Part shown: piece after piece, positions 45,998 to 55,112 of the stretch | Numbering within the stretch: position 1 is the first letter of the stretch | Layout: each line of letters starts with the position of its first letter | Position numbers and translations under genes: made by a program | Notes under the pieces: generated by a model | Seen by the model: the letters and a program-made list of their open reading frames with translations, nothing else | Told to the model about the DNA's origin: nothing | The model's database searches: none | From: Candidatus Omnitrophota bacterium | Lineage (GTDB): Bacteria; Omnitrophota; Gorgyraeia; Zapsychrales; Fredricksoniimonadaceae | Assembly: GCA_015233335.1 (NCBI GenBank) | Contig: JADFXX010000005.1 | Span: 1,550-65,549 of the forward strand | Direction of reading: 5' to 3' | DNA: 64,000 nt

Positions 45998-47144
45998 TCA
46001 CCAACGGCCTTTTATTGATTATTATAAAAAACACAAGATATCCCCTGTTTCTCAGGATATCTCAGACCTCAAGAAGCATTATGACCGCAGGGCATTTTTG
46101 TATCGCCGTCTGGGTATATTGCCGTCCTTTCTTAACGGCCGTACAGTCATCGAGTTCGGCCCGGGCAGCGGATATAATTCTTTATTTACTTTGAGCCTTC
46201 AGCCTTTAAAATACGTTCTTGTCGATGGTAATCCGACGGCATTGAAAGGGTGTATAGAGCTCTTCACAAAATATTTTCCAAGAGAAAAGAACTATGAGCT
46301 GGTAGATTCTCTGATCGAAGAATATCATAATAATGAGCTGTTCGATCTGGTTATTTCCGAAGGTTTGATCCCTAATCAGAAAGATCCTGCGCAATTCGCA
46401 CGTTCTATCGCCGGCTTTACCAAGCCGGGGGGTGTTTGTGTTATTACTTGTCAAGATGCAGTCGGAGTTTTTGCGGATCTTTTGCGCTATTTGATTGGGA
46501 ATATGGTTATAAATGAGGGCCTTTCATACGAAGAGAATGTTAATGTGCTGGTAGCCATGTTTAAACCGCATTTGGAAAGTTTAAAAGGCATGAGCAGGCC
46601 TCATCAAGATTGGGTCGCAGACGCGATTTTGCACAAGGATATGTGGTGTCGGGGCAGCCATTTCTCTATCGGACATGCGATCGAAGCGTTAGATTCTTCT
46701 TTTGATGTTTATGGAGTATCACCGTATATTTTTACCGATTGGCGCTGGTATAAAGATGTTTTTGGCAAGCAACGGGCTTTTAATGCGGTTGCCAAAGAGT
46801 GTTATCTACGGAATCTTCATAATTTTCTTGATTACCGTTTTGAATTTCCTGCGAGATCTGCTGAAGACAATATTCAGCTTATGGGTCATTGTCAGGCTAT
46901 ATGGGAGCTGATAAAACTTTTTGGGGAAGGAAGGGATAAAAAATATATTGAGGCCATCTGTACTGAAATATCCAGGCTGGAGATGAAAGTAAGGGATTAT
47001 TCGCCCAGTACTGCGGACTCGTTGGCGGATTTTCTATTGGGCCTGAAACAATACCCAGAGATTACTGGAAAGACCAATTGGGGGAGGTTTTCAGATTTTT
47101 GGGGGAGAGGGATGCAGTATTTAAGTTTTATTCGGACGCAATAG
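45987..47144 (+). CDS. Class I SAM methyltransferase-like protein with a long C-terminal extension
   Basis: VIEFGPGSGYNSLF (motif I), FDLVISEG, PGGVCVITC. Confidence 0.6.
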   Translation: MENNHQRPFIDYYKKHKISPVSQDISDLKKHYDRRAFLYRRLGILPSFLNGRTVIEFGPGSGYNSLFTLSLQPLKYVLVDGNPTALKGCIELFTKYFPREKNYELVDSLIEEYHNNELFDLVISEGLIPNQKDPAQFARSIAGFTKPGGVCVITCQDAVGVFADLLRYLIGNMVINEGLSYEENVNVLVAMFKPHLESLKGMSRPHQDWVADAILHKDMWCRGSHFSIGHAIEALDSSFDVYGVSPYIFTDWRWYKDVFGKQRAFNAVAKECYLRNLHNFLDYRFEFPARSAEDNIQLMGHCQAIWELIKLFGEGRDKKYIEAICTEISRLEMKVRDYSPSTADSLADFLLGLKQYPEITGKTNWGRFSDFWGRGMQYLSFIRTQ

Positions 47145-47187
47145 TAAAAGTTTAAGAAAGCATACGCTGAAAAAAGAAGGAATTCCA

Positions 47188-48684
47188 ATGGCTTTAAAAC
47201 TTGATATGAAGGCACGACAAGCATTAAAGGCAATCAAGAAGATGGTCCGTAAGGGAGAGCGGATTGTTTTTGTTTCAGGTAATTTTAATATTGTCCACCC
47301 GGGGCATTTGCGTTTGTTGCGTTTTGCCGCTCAATGCGGGGATTTTCTTGTGGTGGGGGTTCAAGCGGATGCCTTGACGCAGTTAACGCTGTTACCGCAG
47401 GCCCTTCGATTGGACGGTGTGCAATCAACGAGCTGGGTGAAGTATGCCTTTCTTTTAAGCGTGCCCCCTGAGGTTTTTATCCGGCATTTAAAACCCGATT
47501 TCGTCGTTAAGGGGCAGGAACATGAGAATCAATACAATCCGGAATCGGCGGCCGTTGAATCTTATGGGGGGAAGTTGCTTTTTAGTTCCGGGGAGGCTAG
47601 TTTTTCCTCATTGGACCTTTTACGGGATGAGTTTAAGAACTTGAATTTTTCAACGATTGTGAAGCCCAAAGATTTCTTGATCCGCCATGGGTTTAGTTTG
47701 GTGGACTTGAGGAAAACTGTTGGGAAAATGAAAGGCCTTCGGGTGGTGGTCATCGGTGAAACGATTGTGGATGAGTATATCACGTGTGATCCGCTGGGGA
47801 TGTCCCAGGAAGACCCGACCATTGCAGTGACACCAATTGCCAAAGACCGTTTTGTAGGTGGGGCAGGTATTGTATCGGCACATGCACGCGGTTTTGGGGC
47901 TGATGTGCACTTTTTTTCGGTCGTGGGAAAGGATGAGCCTTCTGATTTTGTCCGGCATTGTTTAAAAAAATATGGCGTTAATGCGCATATTTACGAGGAT
48001 GAAAGTCGTCCCACCATACGCAAGGAAAGGTTCCGTGCTCATGGCAAGACTTTGTTAAGGGTCAATCATTTTCATCAGCACCCCATCAATCAAGGTATAC
48101 AAAAGAAGATCATTCGCAACCTCAGCGATATTCTGAATGATACAAAGCTGTTGATATTCTCCGATTTTAATTATGGCTGCCTTCCTCAACCTTTAGTGGA
48201 TGAAATCATTGCTCTTTGTCAGGCCAAGGATGTGATGATAGTCGCAGACAGCCAGGCTTCATCCCAGATCGGGTATGTATCGCGTTTTCATGATGCTTTG
48301 TTATTGACGCCGACCGAGCGGGAAGCTCGAATTTCAGTGGGTGATTTTAATGCAGGGTTGGTTGTCCTAGCGGAAATGCTCAGGACCAAGGCACGGGCCC
48401 AAAATATCCTTTTAACATTGGGAGCTGAAGGATTGCTTATTCATGCCCCCTCAGCTTCTCCCAAAGAATCGGTAACGGACCGTTTGCCGGCCATGAATGC
48501 GTCACCTAAAGATGTTTCCGGAGCAGGGGATTCGTTGCTCACATGCGCCTCGATGGCCATAGCGGTCGGGGCTGATATTTGGCAGGCCGCGTACTTAGGT
48601 TCGATTGCAGCCGCTTGTCAGCTTAGTCGTATCGGCAATATTCCTTTGACTGTGAATGAATTAATGATGGAGATAAAAAGTTGA
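47188..48684 (+). CDS. Bifunctional cytidylyltransferase-fold / PfkB sugar kinase protein: HldE (RfaE)-like with reversed domain order
   Basis: N-terminal half IVFVSGNFNIVHPGHLRLLRFAAQCGDFLVVGV...PDFVVKGQEHE resembles RfaE domain II. C-terminal half VVVIGETIVDEYITCDPLGMSQEDPTIAVTP...GGAGIVSAH...DVSGAGDSLL resembles RfaE domain I / PfkB. Confidence 0.7.
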   Translation: MALKLDMKARQALKAIKKMVRKGERIVFVSGNFNIVHPGHLRLLRFAAQCGDFLVVGVQADALTQLTLLPQALRLDGVQSTSWVKYAFLLSVPPEVFIRHLKPDFVVKGQEHENQYNPESAAVESYGGKLLFSSGEASFSSLDLLRDEFKNLNFSTIVKPKDFLIRHGFSLVDLRKTVGKMKGLRVVVIGETIVDEYITCDPLGMSQEDPTIAVTPIAKDRFVGGAGIVSAHARGFGADVHFFSVVGKDEPSDFVRHCLKKYGVNAHIYEDESRPTIRKERFRAHGKTLLRVNHFHQHPINQGIQKKIIRNLSDILNDTKLLIFSDFNYGCLPQPLVDEIIALCQAKDVMIVADSQASSQIGYVSRFHDALLLTPTEREARISVGDFNAGLVVLAEMLRTKARAQNILLTLGAEGLLIHAPSASPKESVTDRLPAMNASPKDVSGAGDSLLTCASMAIAVGADIWQAAYLGSIAAACQLSRIGNIPLTVNELMMEIKS

Positions 48685-49391
48685 AGGCTTTGCTTTTAGC
48701 AGCCGGCCTTGGGATACGTTTAAGGCCCGTGACAGATAATATCCCTAAATGTTTGGTCCCTATACAAGGCCGCCCGTTGTTGGCCTACTGGTTGCGGTTA
48801 TTAATTGAAGGCGGCTGTCAGCCGCTTCTGGTCAATACACATTATTTTGCAGATAAGGTGGAGGGGTACATTAATGGAAGTGAATATCGAAGCTGTGTTA
48901 AAACTGTTTATGAGGGTGAGCTTCTTGGCACAGGGGGGACAGTTTTAAAGAATCGAAGTTTCTTTGGTTGTGATCCTTTCATGTTGATCCATGCGGATAA
49001 TTTATCGCAGTTCGATGTGCGGGCATTTATCGCCCGACATGAGGCCCGTCCGGCAGGTTGTGCCATTACGATGATGACATTTGCTACGCCTACACCTGAA
49101 TCCTGCGGAGTCGTAGAGCTAGATGATCAGGGAGTGGTACAGGCTTTTCATGAAAAAGTGAAGAACCCTCCGGGAAATCTGGCCAATGGGGCTGTTTATA
49201 TTCTAGAGGGGTCGGTTTTTGATTTTTTAGAAAGCTTAAATAAAAGCAAAATCGATTTTAGTACCGAAGTATTGCCGTATTATTTAGGAAAGATATACAC
49301 CTTTCATAATGATGTTTATCATCGCGATATTGGAACACTTGAAAGTTATATTTTAGCAGAGAAAGAGTTTATAGGCAGAGGTGATGGATAG
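48681..49391 (+). CDS. Sugar-1-phosphate nucleotidyltransferase (HddC/ManC/LicC-like)
   Basis: MKALLLAAGLGIRLRPVTDNIPKCLVPIQGRPLL. The TTG start overlaps the upstream TGA. Confidence 0.85.
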   Translation: MKALLLAAGLGIRLRPVTDNIPKCLVPIQGRPLLAYWLRLLIEGGCQPLLVNTHYFADKVEGYINGSEYRSCVKTVYEGELLGTGGTVLKNRSFFGCDPFMLIHADNLSQFDVRAFIARHEARPAGCAITMMTFATPTPESCGVVELDDQGVVQAFHEKVKNPPGNLANGAVYILEGSVFDFLESLNKSKIDFSTEVLPYYLGKIYTFHNDVYHRDIGTLESYILAEKEFIGRGDG

Positions 49392-49459
49392 GACAGTTTT
49401 TAATTGTTGATGGACGAGTGAGATCATAAGTTAGGAGCGCAACAATAGGGAAAATTGAA

Positions 49460-50206
49460 ATGGAAAAAATGTTAAAGATCAAAGAGTTTATTAAATCAAC
49501 CCCGGTAAAACACTTGATCCGAAGGATCCGGGCCGAAAAAGTAGCCAAAGAGCATGCGAAACTTCATAACGAAAATGAATTGTTTTATACGCTTTCCCCG
49601 GCACTATTAATCGGAATTTTGAAAGCTTTTAAAATGTTAGATAAGTCTTGTGAGGGGCAAGCTTATTATGAATTTGGTTTATTTAAGGGATTCAGTTTTT
49701 GGTTTGCAGAACAGGTCTCCAAAGAATATGTGGGGAGCGAATTTACCCTATATGGCTTTGATTCTTTTGAAGGACTTCCCCAGACTAAGGTCGATAATGA
49801 GGTCATTCAATGGGCTAAAGGGAATTATGCCGCTTCTTATGATTTCGTCACTTCCGAGCTTTTAAAAAATGATGCAGATTTCTCGAGAATCAAATTATTT
49901 AAGGGTTTTTTTCAGAAAAAGTATTTTGATCGGCTGAAAAAGGAAGAAAAGTTTAAGAAAGCGGCCATTTGCGTCATTGATTCAGATATTTATGAAAGCT
50001 GTGTGGCGACGCTAGATTTTATAAAAGAATATTTGGCCCCCGGTTCTGTTTTGTTGTTTGATGATTACAATGCTCTCAATAAAAATGATCATCATGGCGA
50101 AAGGAAGGCCTTAAAAGAATTTGAAATGAGTAACCCGGCTTTTCAAAAGCAGCATCTTTTTGATTTCGGCGGGAACGGAGTGGCCTTTAAAGTCATTCGT
50201 GTATAA
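49460..50206 (+). CDS. TylF/MycF-family O-methyltransferase
   Basis: YGFDSFEGLP and VIDSDIYESCVATLDFIKEYLAPGSVLLFDDY. Confidence 0.7.
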   Translation: MEKMLKIKEFIKSTPVKHLIRRIRAEKVAKEHAKLHNENELFYTLSPALLIGILKAFKMLDKSCEGQAYYEFGLFKGFSFWFAEQVSKEYVGSEFTLYGFDSFEGLPQTKVDNEVIQWAKGNYAASYDFVTSELLKNDADFSRIKLFKGFFQKKYFDRLKKEEKFKKAAICVIDSDIYESCVATLDFIKEYLAPGSVLLFDDYNALNKNDHHGERKALKEFEMSNPAFQKQHLFDFGGNGVAFKVIRV

Positions 50207-50229
50207 GGTTTTTTAATTTGGAGGTAAAG

Positions 50230-51093
50230 ATGATAACGTCTTTGGTGTTAACTGATTTGATTCAGGTGTTGCCTTTAATCACAGAACATCATGCGCCAAG
50301 CGACCCATTACATTTGTTGTTAAAAAAAGTCGCTAGGAAAGAAGCGGAGCATGTTTTCAAGTCTTCATCTAAACTGCGATCTGTGGAATTTGGTCCTTTT
50401 GGAGGAATTATTTTTCCCTATTTTGAAATGGGAGCTGTTTCTTCGTTGAATCTTTTTGATCTTGATGAGTTGATTATTTTTAGTTTTTATTGGCAAAATC
50501 GTAAAAGGTATAAAAATGTTGCTGATGTAGGAGCGAATATCGGTCTGCACTCGATAGTATTAAGCCGTTGCGGTTTTAATGTGAATTCTTATGAGCCTGA
50601 TCCAGGGCATTACAAGATCTTGAAAAGGAACCTTGCTCTTAATCGTTGTGCCCACGTTACAGGGCACAATTCAGCGGTATCCAATGAAGCGGCGATAAAA
50701 GAATTTGTTAAAGTTTTAGGTAATACGACGGGCAGCCATATTGCCGGTTCAAGGGCAAATCTTTATGGGAAGCTTGAACGTTTTCCTGTAAAGACCGAAC
50801 CGATTCAGGAGATCATGGATTGGGCGGACCTAGTTAAGATTGACGCCGAAGGTCATGAAAAAGATATCTTGCTAGCCACCAAACGATCGGACTGGACAGG
50901 CACAGATGCCATGGTTGAAGTTCAGAGCCAGGAGAATGCCAGCGCTATTTTTAAGCATTTTAAGAAGTTGAAGGTCAATCTTTTTGCCCAAAAAATTAAT
51001 TGGCGGAAGGTTGTATCTGAGGATCAGATGCCCAAGGGGTATAAAGACGGATCGCTTTTTATAACGGCAGGCTCCGCATTCATTAAGGGGTGA
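50230..51093 (+). CDS. FkbM-family methyltransferase
   Basis: VADVGANIGLHSIVLSRCGFNVNSYEPDPGHYKILKRNLALN. Shine-Dalgarno GGAGG lies upstream of the ATG at 50230. Confidence 0.75.
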   Translation: MITSLVLTDLIQVLPLITEHHAPSDPLHLLLKKVARKEAEHVFKSSSKLRSVEFGPFGGIIFPYFEMGAVSSLNLFDLDELIIFSFYWQNRKRYKNVADVGANIGLHSIVLSRCGFNVNSYEPDPGHYKILKRNLALNRCAHVTGHNSAVSNEAAIKEFVKVLGNTTGSHIAGSRANLYGKLERFPVKTEPIQEIMDWADLVKIDAEGHEKDILLATKRSDWTGTDAMVEVQSQENASAIFKHFKKLKVNLFAQKINWRKVVSEDQMPKGYKDGSLFITAGSAFIKG

Positions 51094-51116
51094 TTCTAAA
51101 TTTTTTAAGGAAATCG

Positions 51117-52340
51117 ATGGGGAAAAAGTACAACAAGTATGAGAAAAAAGACTGGAAGTGGGTACTCTTTGCTGTACTCCCCAAGCTTCCGGCTTTCTTG
51201 TTGGCATTGCCGGCAGTTCTATTGATGCGCATTCTGCGGCCATTTATTTGGGTGCGGTTATTCCCTATATCGGAACGTATCGGCCATGGCGCGGGCAATA
51301 TTGATGTTTATTTGCTGGAGCGCAAGAATGGTAAGCATGATGATGCGAAGGTCATAAATATTTATTATCCTAACCATCCTGGCAGATGCAATAAGCAGTT
51401 GGTAAAAATGTGGGCAAGGGTCATTCCGGTTTTCGGACTTGGCCGTTGGCTTGCATGGGCCAATGATGAGCTACCTGGCGGGGAGCCGTTTCATTATCAC
51501 TGCACCCGCGGTGCAGCCGATATTTATGGTTTCACCAACGACGCTCCGCCGCCTTTTTCGTTTACGCCTCAAGAGGAGAATCATGGCCAGGAAGTATTAC
51601 GCGCCATGGGTATCCCCGTAGGCAAGCCCTTTGTCTGCCTACTTGCTCGCGACAATGCATTTTTAAATAAATTATTACCGGCAGAGGATTGGTATTACCA
51701 TAATTATCGGGATGTAAACATAGATAATTATGTCATGGCTGTCAGGGAGTTGGTGAACAGGGGGTACTATGTTTTAAGGATGGGGGCCGTGGTCAATAAA
51801 AGGTTCCCTGTAGCCCTCCCAAGTCTCATTGACTATGCGAACAGCCCTTGGAGAGATGATTTTATGGATATGTATTTACCGTCGAAATGCCATTTTTTTA
51901 TTTCGTGCGGGGCTGGCCTGGATGTCGTGGCAAGCCTTTTTCGAAAAGAGCTGGCTTTTGTGAATTATATCCCTTGTGGGTATCTTGTATCGTGGATGAA
52001 AAAGGGGCTTATTATTCCTAAGAAATTATGGTTAAAGAAAGAAAAGAGATTTATGAAGTTTCGTGAAATTATACAAACAGATGTGGGGACTTTCATCAAC
52101 ACAAGACTTTATGAAGAAAGAGGTATTGAATGCGTTGAAAATTCGCCTGAAGAGGTTTTAGATCTCATTGTTGAAAAGGAAGAAAGGATGAAAGGTTGTT
52201 GGCGGACGAACGAAGAAGATGAAGAGTTGCAGAAACGTTTTTGGGGGCTTTATAAGCCAGATGTTCGGCATAACGTTTTTCATGCGAGGATAGGCGCGAA
52301 GTTTTTAATGCAAAATAGGGATCTGTTAGGCTCAATATGA
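51117..52340 (+). CDS. Hypothetical protein, possibly an atypical glycosyltransferase
   Basis: I see no classical motif. Its size and its position after an FkbM gene remind me of a putative-GT family that often neighbours FkbM methyltransferases; this rests on memory only. CDS quality is good and it fills the gap exactly. Confidence 0.4.
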   Translation: MGKKYNKYEKKDWKWVLFAVLPKLPAFLLALPAVLLMRILRPFIWVRLFPISERIGHGAGNIDVYLLERKNGKHDDAKVINIYYPNHPGRCNKQLVKMWARVIPVFGLGRWLAWANDELPGGEPFHYHCTRGAADIYGFTNDAPPPFSFTPQEENHGQEVLRAMGIPVGKPFVCLLARDNAFLNKLLPAEDWYYHNYRDVNIDNYVMAVRELVNRGYYVLRMGAVVNKRFPVALPSLIDYANSPWRDDFMDMYLPSKCHFFISCGAGLDVVASLFRKELAFVNYIPCGYLVSWMKKGLIIPKKLWLKKEKRFMKFREIIQTDVGTFINTRLYEERGIECVENSPEEVLDLIVEKEERMKGCWRTNEEDEELQKRFWGLYKPDVRHNVFHARIGAKFLMQNRDLLGSI

Positions 52341-54109
52341 AAGCATTGGCTTTTATCATATCGATTTTTAAAAAGCATCCCAGCATGGTTCTGTCCAATG
52401 TCATCGTCGCTGTAGCGATGAGTTTTCTGGGCACGGTTTCTTTCTTAAGTTTGCCTCCGATTATCGATATGTTTCTTTACCCTGATGGTCATGGACGAAG
52501 TTCAATGACATTAAAGGTCATTGCTGTCTTTCGATCCGTGGGCCTGCCGACGTCGTTACCTTTTTTGGTCAGTGTTTTTGTTGTCTTAGTGATCGCCACG
52601 TCATTGCTGCAGGTTATTTGCAACCTTTTGATTTATCGCACCAAGTATGCGATCGTTAAAGACTTCATGTTAGGCGCCATGCAGGATTTTTTTAATGCCA
52701 AGTGGCTTTTTTTCAGCAGCAGCGACCAGGGGAAGATATACAGCACCTTGAATCGTGAGATCAATGCAGTCGGTGACGGGTTAACGGCCATGGGGGGGAT
52801 ATTTGCGAATCTTATTCAGATTATGGTTTTATTGTTTGTTCCCTTTTGCATATCATGGAAGGTGACCTGCATTTGTCTTGGCTTAGGCGGCCTTGTTTCG
52901 TTGTTTTTTATTTTTATAAGTCGATCTGCGTATGAATTAGGCCGGCTTAATACGCATACCGCCAATGTCTGTTGGGGGTTATATCACGAGAACATTAGCG
53001 GGGCTAAATTAGTGCTCGGACACGGCAATGCCAAGCAAGTCTTAAAAAAGATCGAAGTTGCGTATGATGCTCATTTAGATTGCACGATCAAATCTCAAAT
53101 CCTTGCTTATGTCATAACAACATCCTATCGGCCGGTTGGCGTTATTGTTGTTGTTGCCGCGTTGTTTGCTTCCCGGATGTTCATGGTCCCGGTATCAGAA
53201 GTGGCCGTTCTTTTGTTAGCATTGTTACAAGTAACAAATTTATTTGGCAATTTGGTGGCGCAAAAGAGTGCGATTTCGAATATCGTCCCGGGCTACGAGC
53301 AGATCCAACACTTGCGTCAACGGGCTTTGGACATGAAGCAGGTTTCAGGTACTAACATTTTCAAAGGGTTTACGAAAGAAGTCATGATGAAGGAGGTTTC
53401 TTTTGCGTATCCGGGAAGAGGCATGGTGTTGCACAACATTTGTCTCTCTATTCCCAAGGGCAAGGTTGTAGCTTTTGTAGGCAAGTCAGGTGCCGGAAAA
53501 TCGACCATCATTGACATATTAATGGGATTTCATGAGATTAATTCTGGAGAAGTGACGATCGATGGGGTGGGGTTATCAACTTTTGAAATTAATTCTTATC
53601 GAAAGAAGATTGGATATGTTCCGCAGGATAGCTTACTATTTAACATGACTATCAAGGAAAATCTTTTATGGGCTAATCCTGAGGCTTCTCAGGAGGAGGT
53701 TGCAGAAGCTTGCCGGATGGCCTATGCTGAGGAGTTTATTGATCAACTGCCGCAAAAATTTGACACCGTCGTCGGTGACCGTGGAGTGCGTCTTTCGGGC
53801 GGTCAGATCCAGCGCTTGGCGTTGGCGCGGGCCTTCTTAAGGAACATGGATATACTTTTTTTGGATGAAGCCACCAGCTCGTTGGATAGTCATTCCGAAA
53901 CATTGATCCAGAAGGCCATTGAGACCGTTTCCGGAAAGACAACAGTCGTGGTGGTGGCTCACCGATTGGCCACCATCAAGAGGGCAGATACGATCTATGT
54001 TTTGGACAAGGGCTGTATAGTTGAACACGGGAGTTATGTAGAATTATGCCGTCAAAACGGTATTTTTTCAGATCTCGTACGGTTTCAAGAGTTGAATATT
54101 GTAGCGTGA
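52337..54109 (+). CDS. Fused TMD-NBD ABC exporter (MsbA/PglK-like)
   Basis: Six-TM N-terminal half; Walker A GKSGAGKST, signature LSGGQIQR, Walker B ILFLDEATS. Confidence 0.9.
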   Translation: MKALAFIISIFKKHPSMVLSNVIVAVAMSFLGTVSFLSLPPIIDMFLYPDGHGRSSMTLKVIAVFRSVGLPTSLPFLVSVFVVLVIATSLLQVICNLLIYRTKYAIVKDFMLGAMQDFFNAKWLFFSSSDQGKIYSTLNREINAVGDGLTAMGGIFANLIQIMVLLFVPFCISWKVTCICLGLGGLVSLFFIFISRSAYELGRLNTHTANVCWGLYHENISGAKLVLGHGNAKQVLKKIEVAYDAHLDCTIKSQILAYVITTSYRPVGVIVVVAALFASRMFMVPVSEVAVLLLALLQVTNLFGNLVAQKSAISNIVPGYEQIQHLRQRALDMKQVSGTNIFKGFTKEVMMKEVSFAYPGRGMVLHNICLSIPKGKVVAFVGKSGAGKSTIIDILMGFHEINSGEVTIDGVGLSTFEINSYRKKIGYVPQDSLLFNMTIKENLLWANPEASQEEVAEACRMAYAEEFIDQLPQKFDTVVGDRGVRLSGGQIQRLALARAFLRNMDILFLDEATSSLDSHSETLIQKAIETVSGKTTVVVVAHRLATIKRADTIYVLDKGCIVEHGSYVELCRQNGIFSDLVRFQELNIVA

Positions 54110-54130
54110 ACGACATGAGGTAAAAACACA

Positions 54131-55105
54131 ATGAAAAAAATATTAGTTACTGGCGCAGGCGGTTTTATCGCAAGCCATCTTGTTGAGAAGTTGGTTCAAA
54201 AGGGCTATAAGCCAAGGGCTTTTGTTCATTATAATTCCAGCGGTTCTTGGGGGTGGTTGGAATGCTCTCAGTACAAAAATGCCATTGAAGTCGTATCAGG
54301 GGATATTCGTGATTTCGATGTTGTTCAGCAGGCGATGCGGGATGTTGATACGGTTTTTCATTTAGCAGCATTGATCGGTATTCCCTATTCTTATGTTTCT
54401 CCGCAGGCTTATGTTGAAACCAATATCAAAGGCTCTTTAAATATTTTTCAGGCCGCCCGGGATCTTGGTGTTTCGAAGGTTATTCATACATCAACCAGTG
54501 AAATATACGGGACCGCAGAGTTTGTCCCTATTCATGAAAAACATCCGGTCAATCCCCAGTCCCCTTACGCGGCAAGCAAATCTGCTGCTGATTTTTTGGC
54601 GTTATCTTTTTTTCGCTCTTTTGATCTTCCTGTCGTGGTTGTTCGTCCTTTTAATACCTATGGTCCCCGGCAATCAGCAAGGGCGGTCATTCCGACCATT
54701 ATTACCCAAGTACTCTCCGGCAATAGGACAATAAAATTGGGAGCATTGGATCCCACTCGTGATCTGACCTATGTTGAGGATACAGTGGATGGATTCATTT
54801 GTGCGGGGATGTCTGATCAGGGTGTGGGCCAAATCATAAATCTTGGCAGTAATAGTGAAATTTCTATTCGAGAATTAGCTCATTTGATTGCCAAGCTCAT
54901 GGGGGTAAAGATCACCATTAAAGACGATAAGAATAGAAGACGGCCGATCAAGAGTGAAGTGGAACGATTATGGGCGGATAATACTAAAGCCAAGCGGATA
55001 TTGAAGTGGGCGCCCACATACACATTAGAAAAAGGCTTGAAGGAAACAATAGAGTGGTTCAAGAAGAACATGGATATGTATAAATCTAAAATCTATAATA
55101 TATAA
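54131..55105 (+). CDS. Extended SDR sugar-nucleotide 4,6-dehydratase, LegB-like
   Basis: ILVTGAGGFIASHL, HYNSSGSWGWLE, YAASKSAAD. Immediately upstream of a LegC-like aminotransferase. Confidence 0.7.
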   Translation: MKKILVTGAGGFIASHLVEKLVQKGYKPRAFVHYNSSGSWGWLECSQYKNAIEVVSGDIRDFDVVQQAMRDVDTVFHLAALIGIPYSYVSPQAYVETNIKGSLNIFQAARDLGVSKVIHTSTSEIYGTAEFVPIHEKHPVNPQSPYAASKSAADFLALSFFRSFDLPVVVVRPFNTYGPRQSARAVIPTIITQVLSGNRTIKLGALDPTRDLTYVEDTVDGFICAGMSDQGVGQIINLGSNSEISIRELAHLIAKLMGVKITIKDDKNRRRPIKSEVERLWADNTKAKRILKWAPTYTLEKGLKETIEWFKKNMDMYKSKIYNI

Positions 55106-55112
55106 AAGATCG

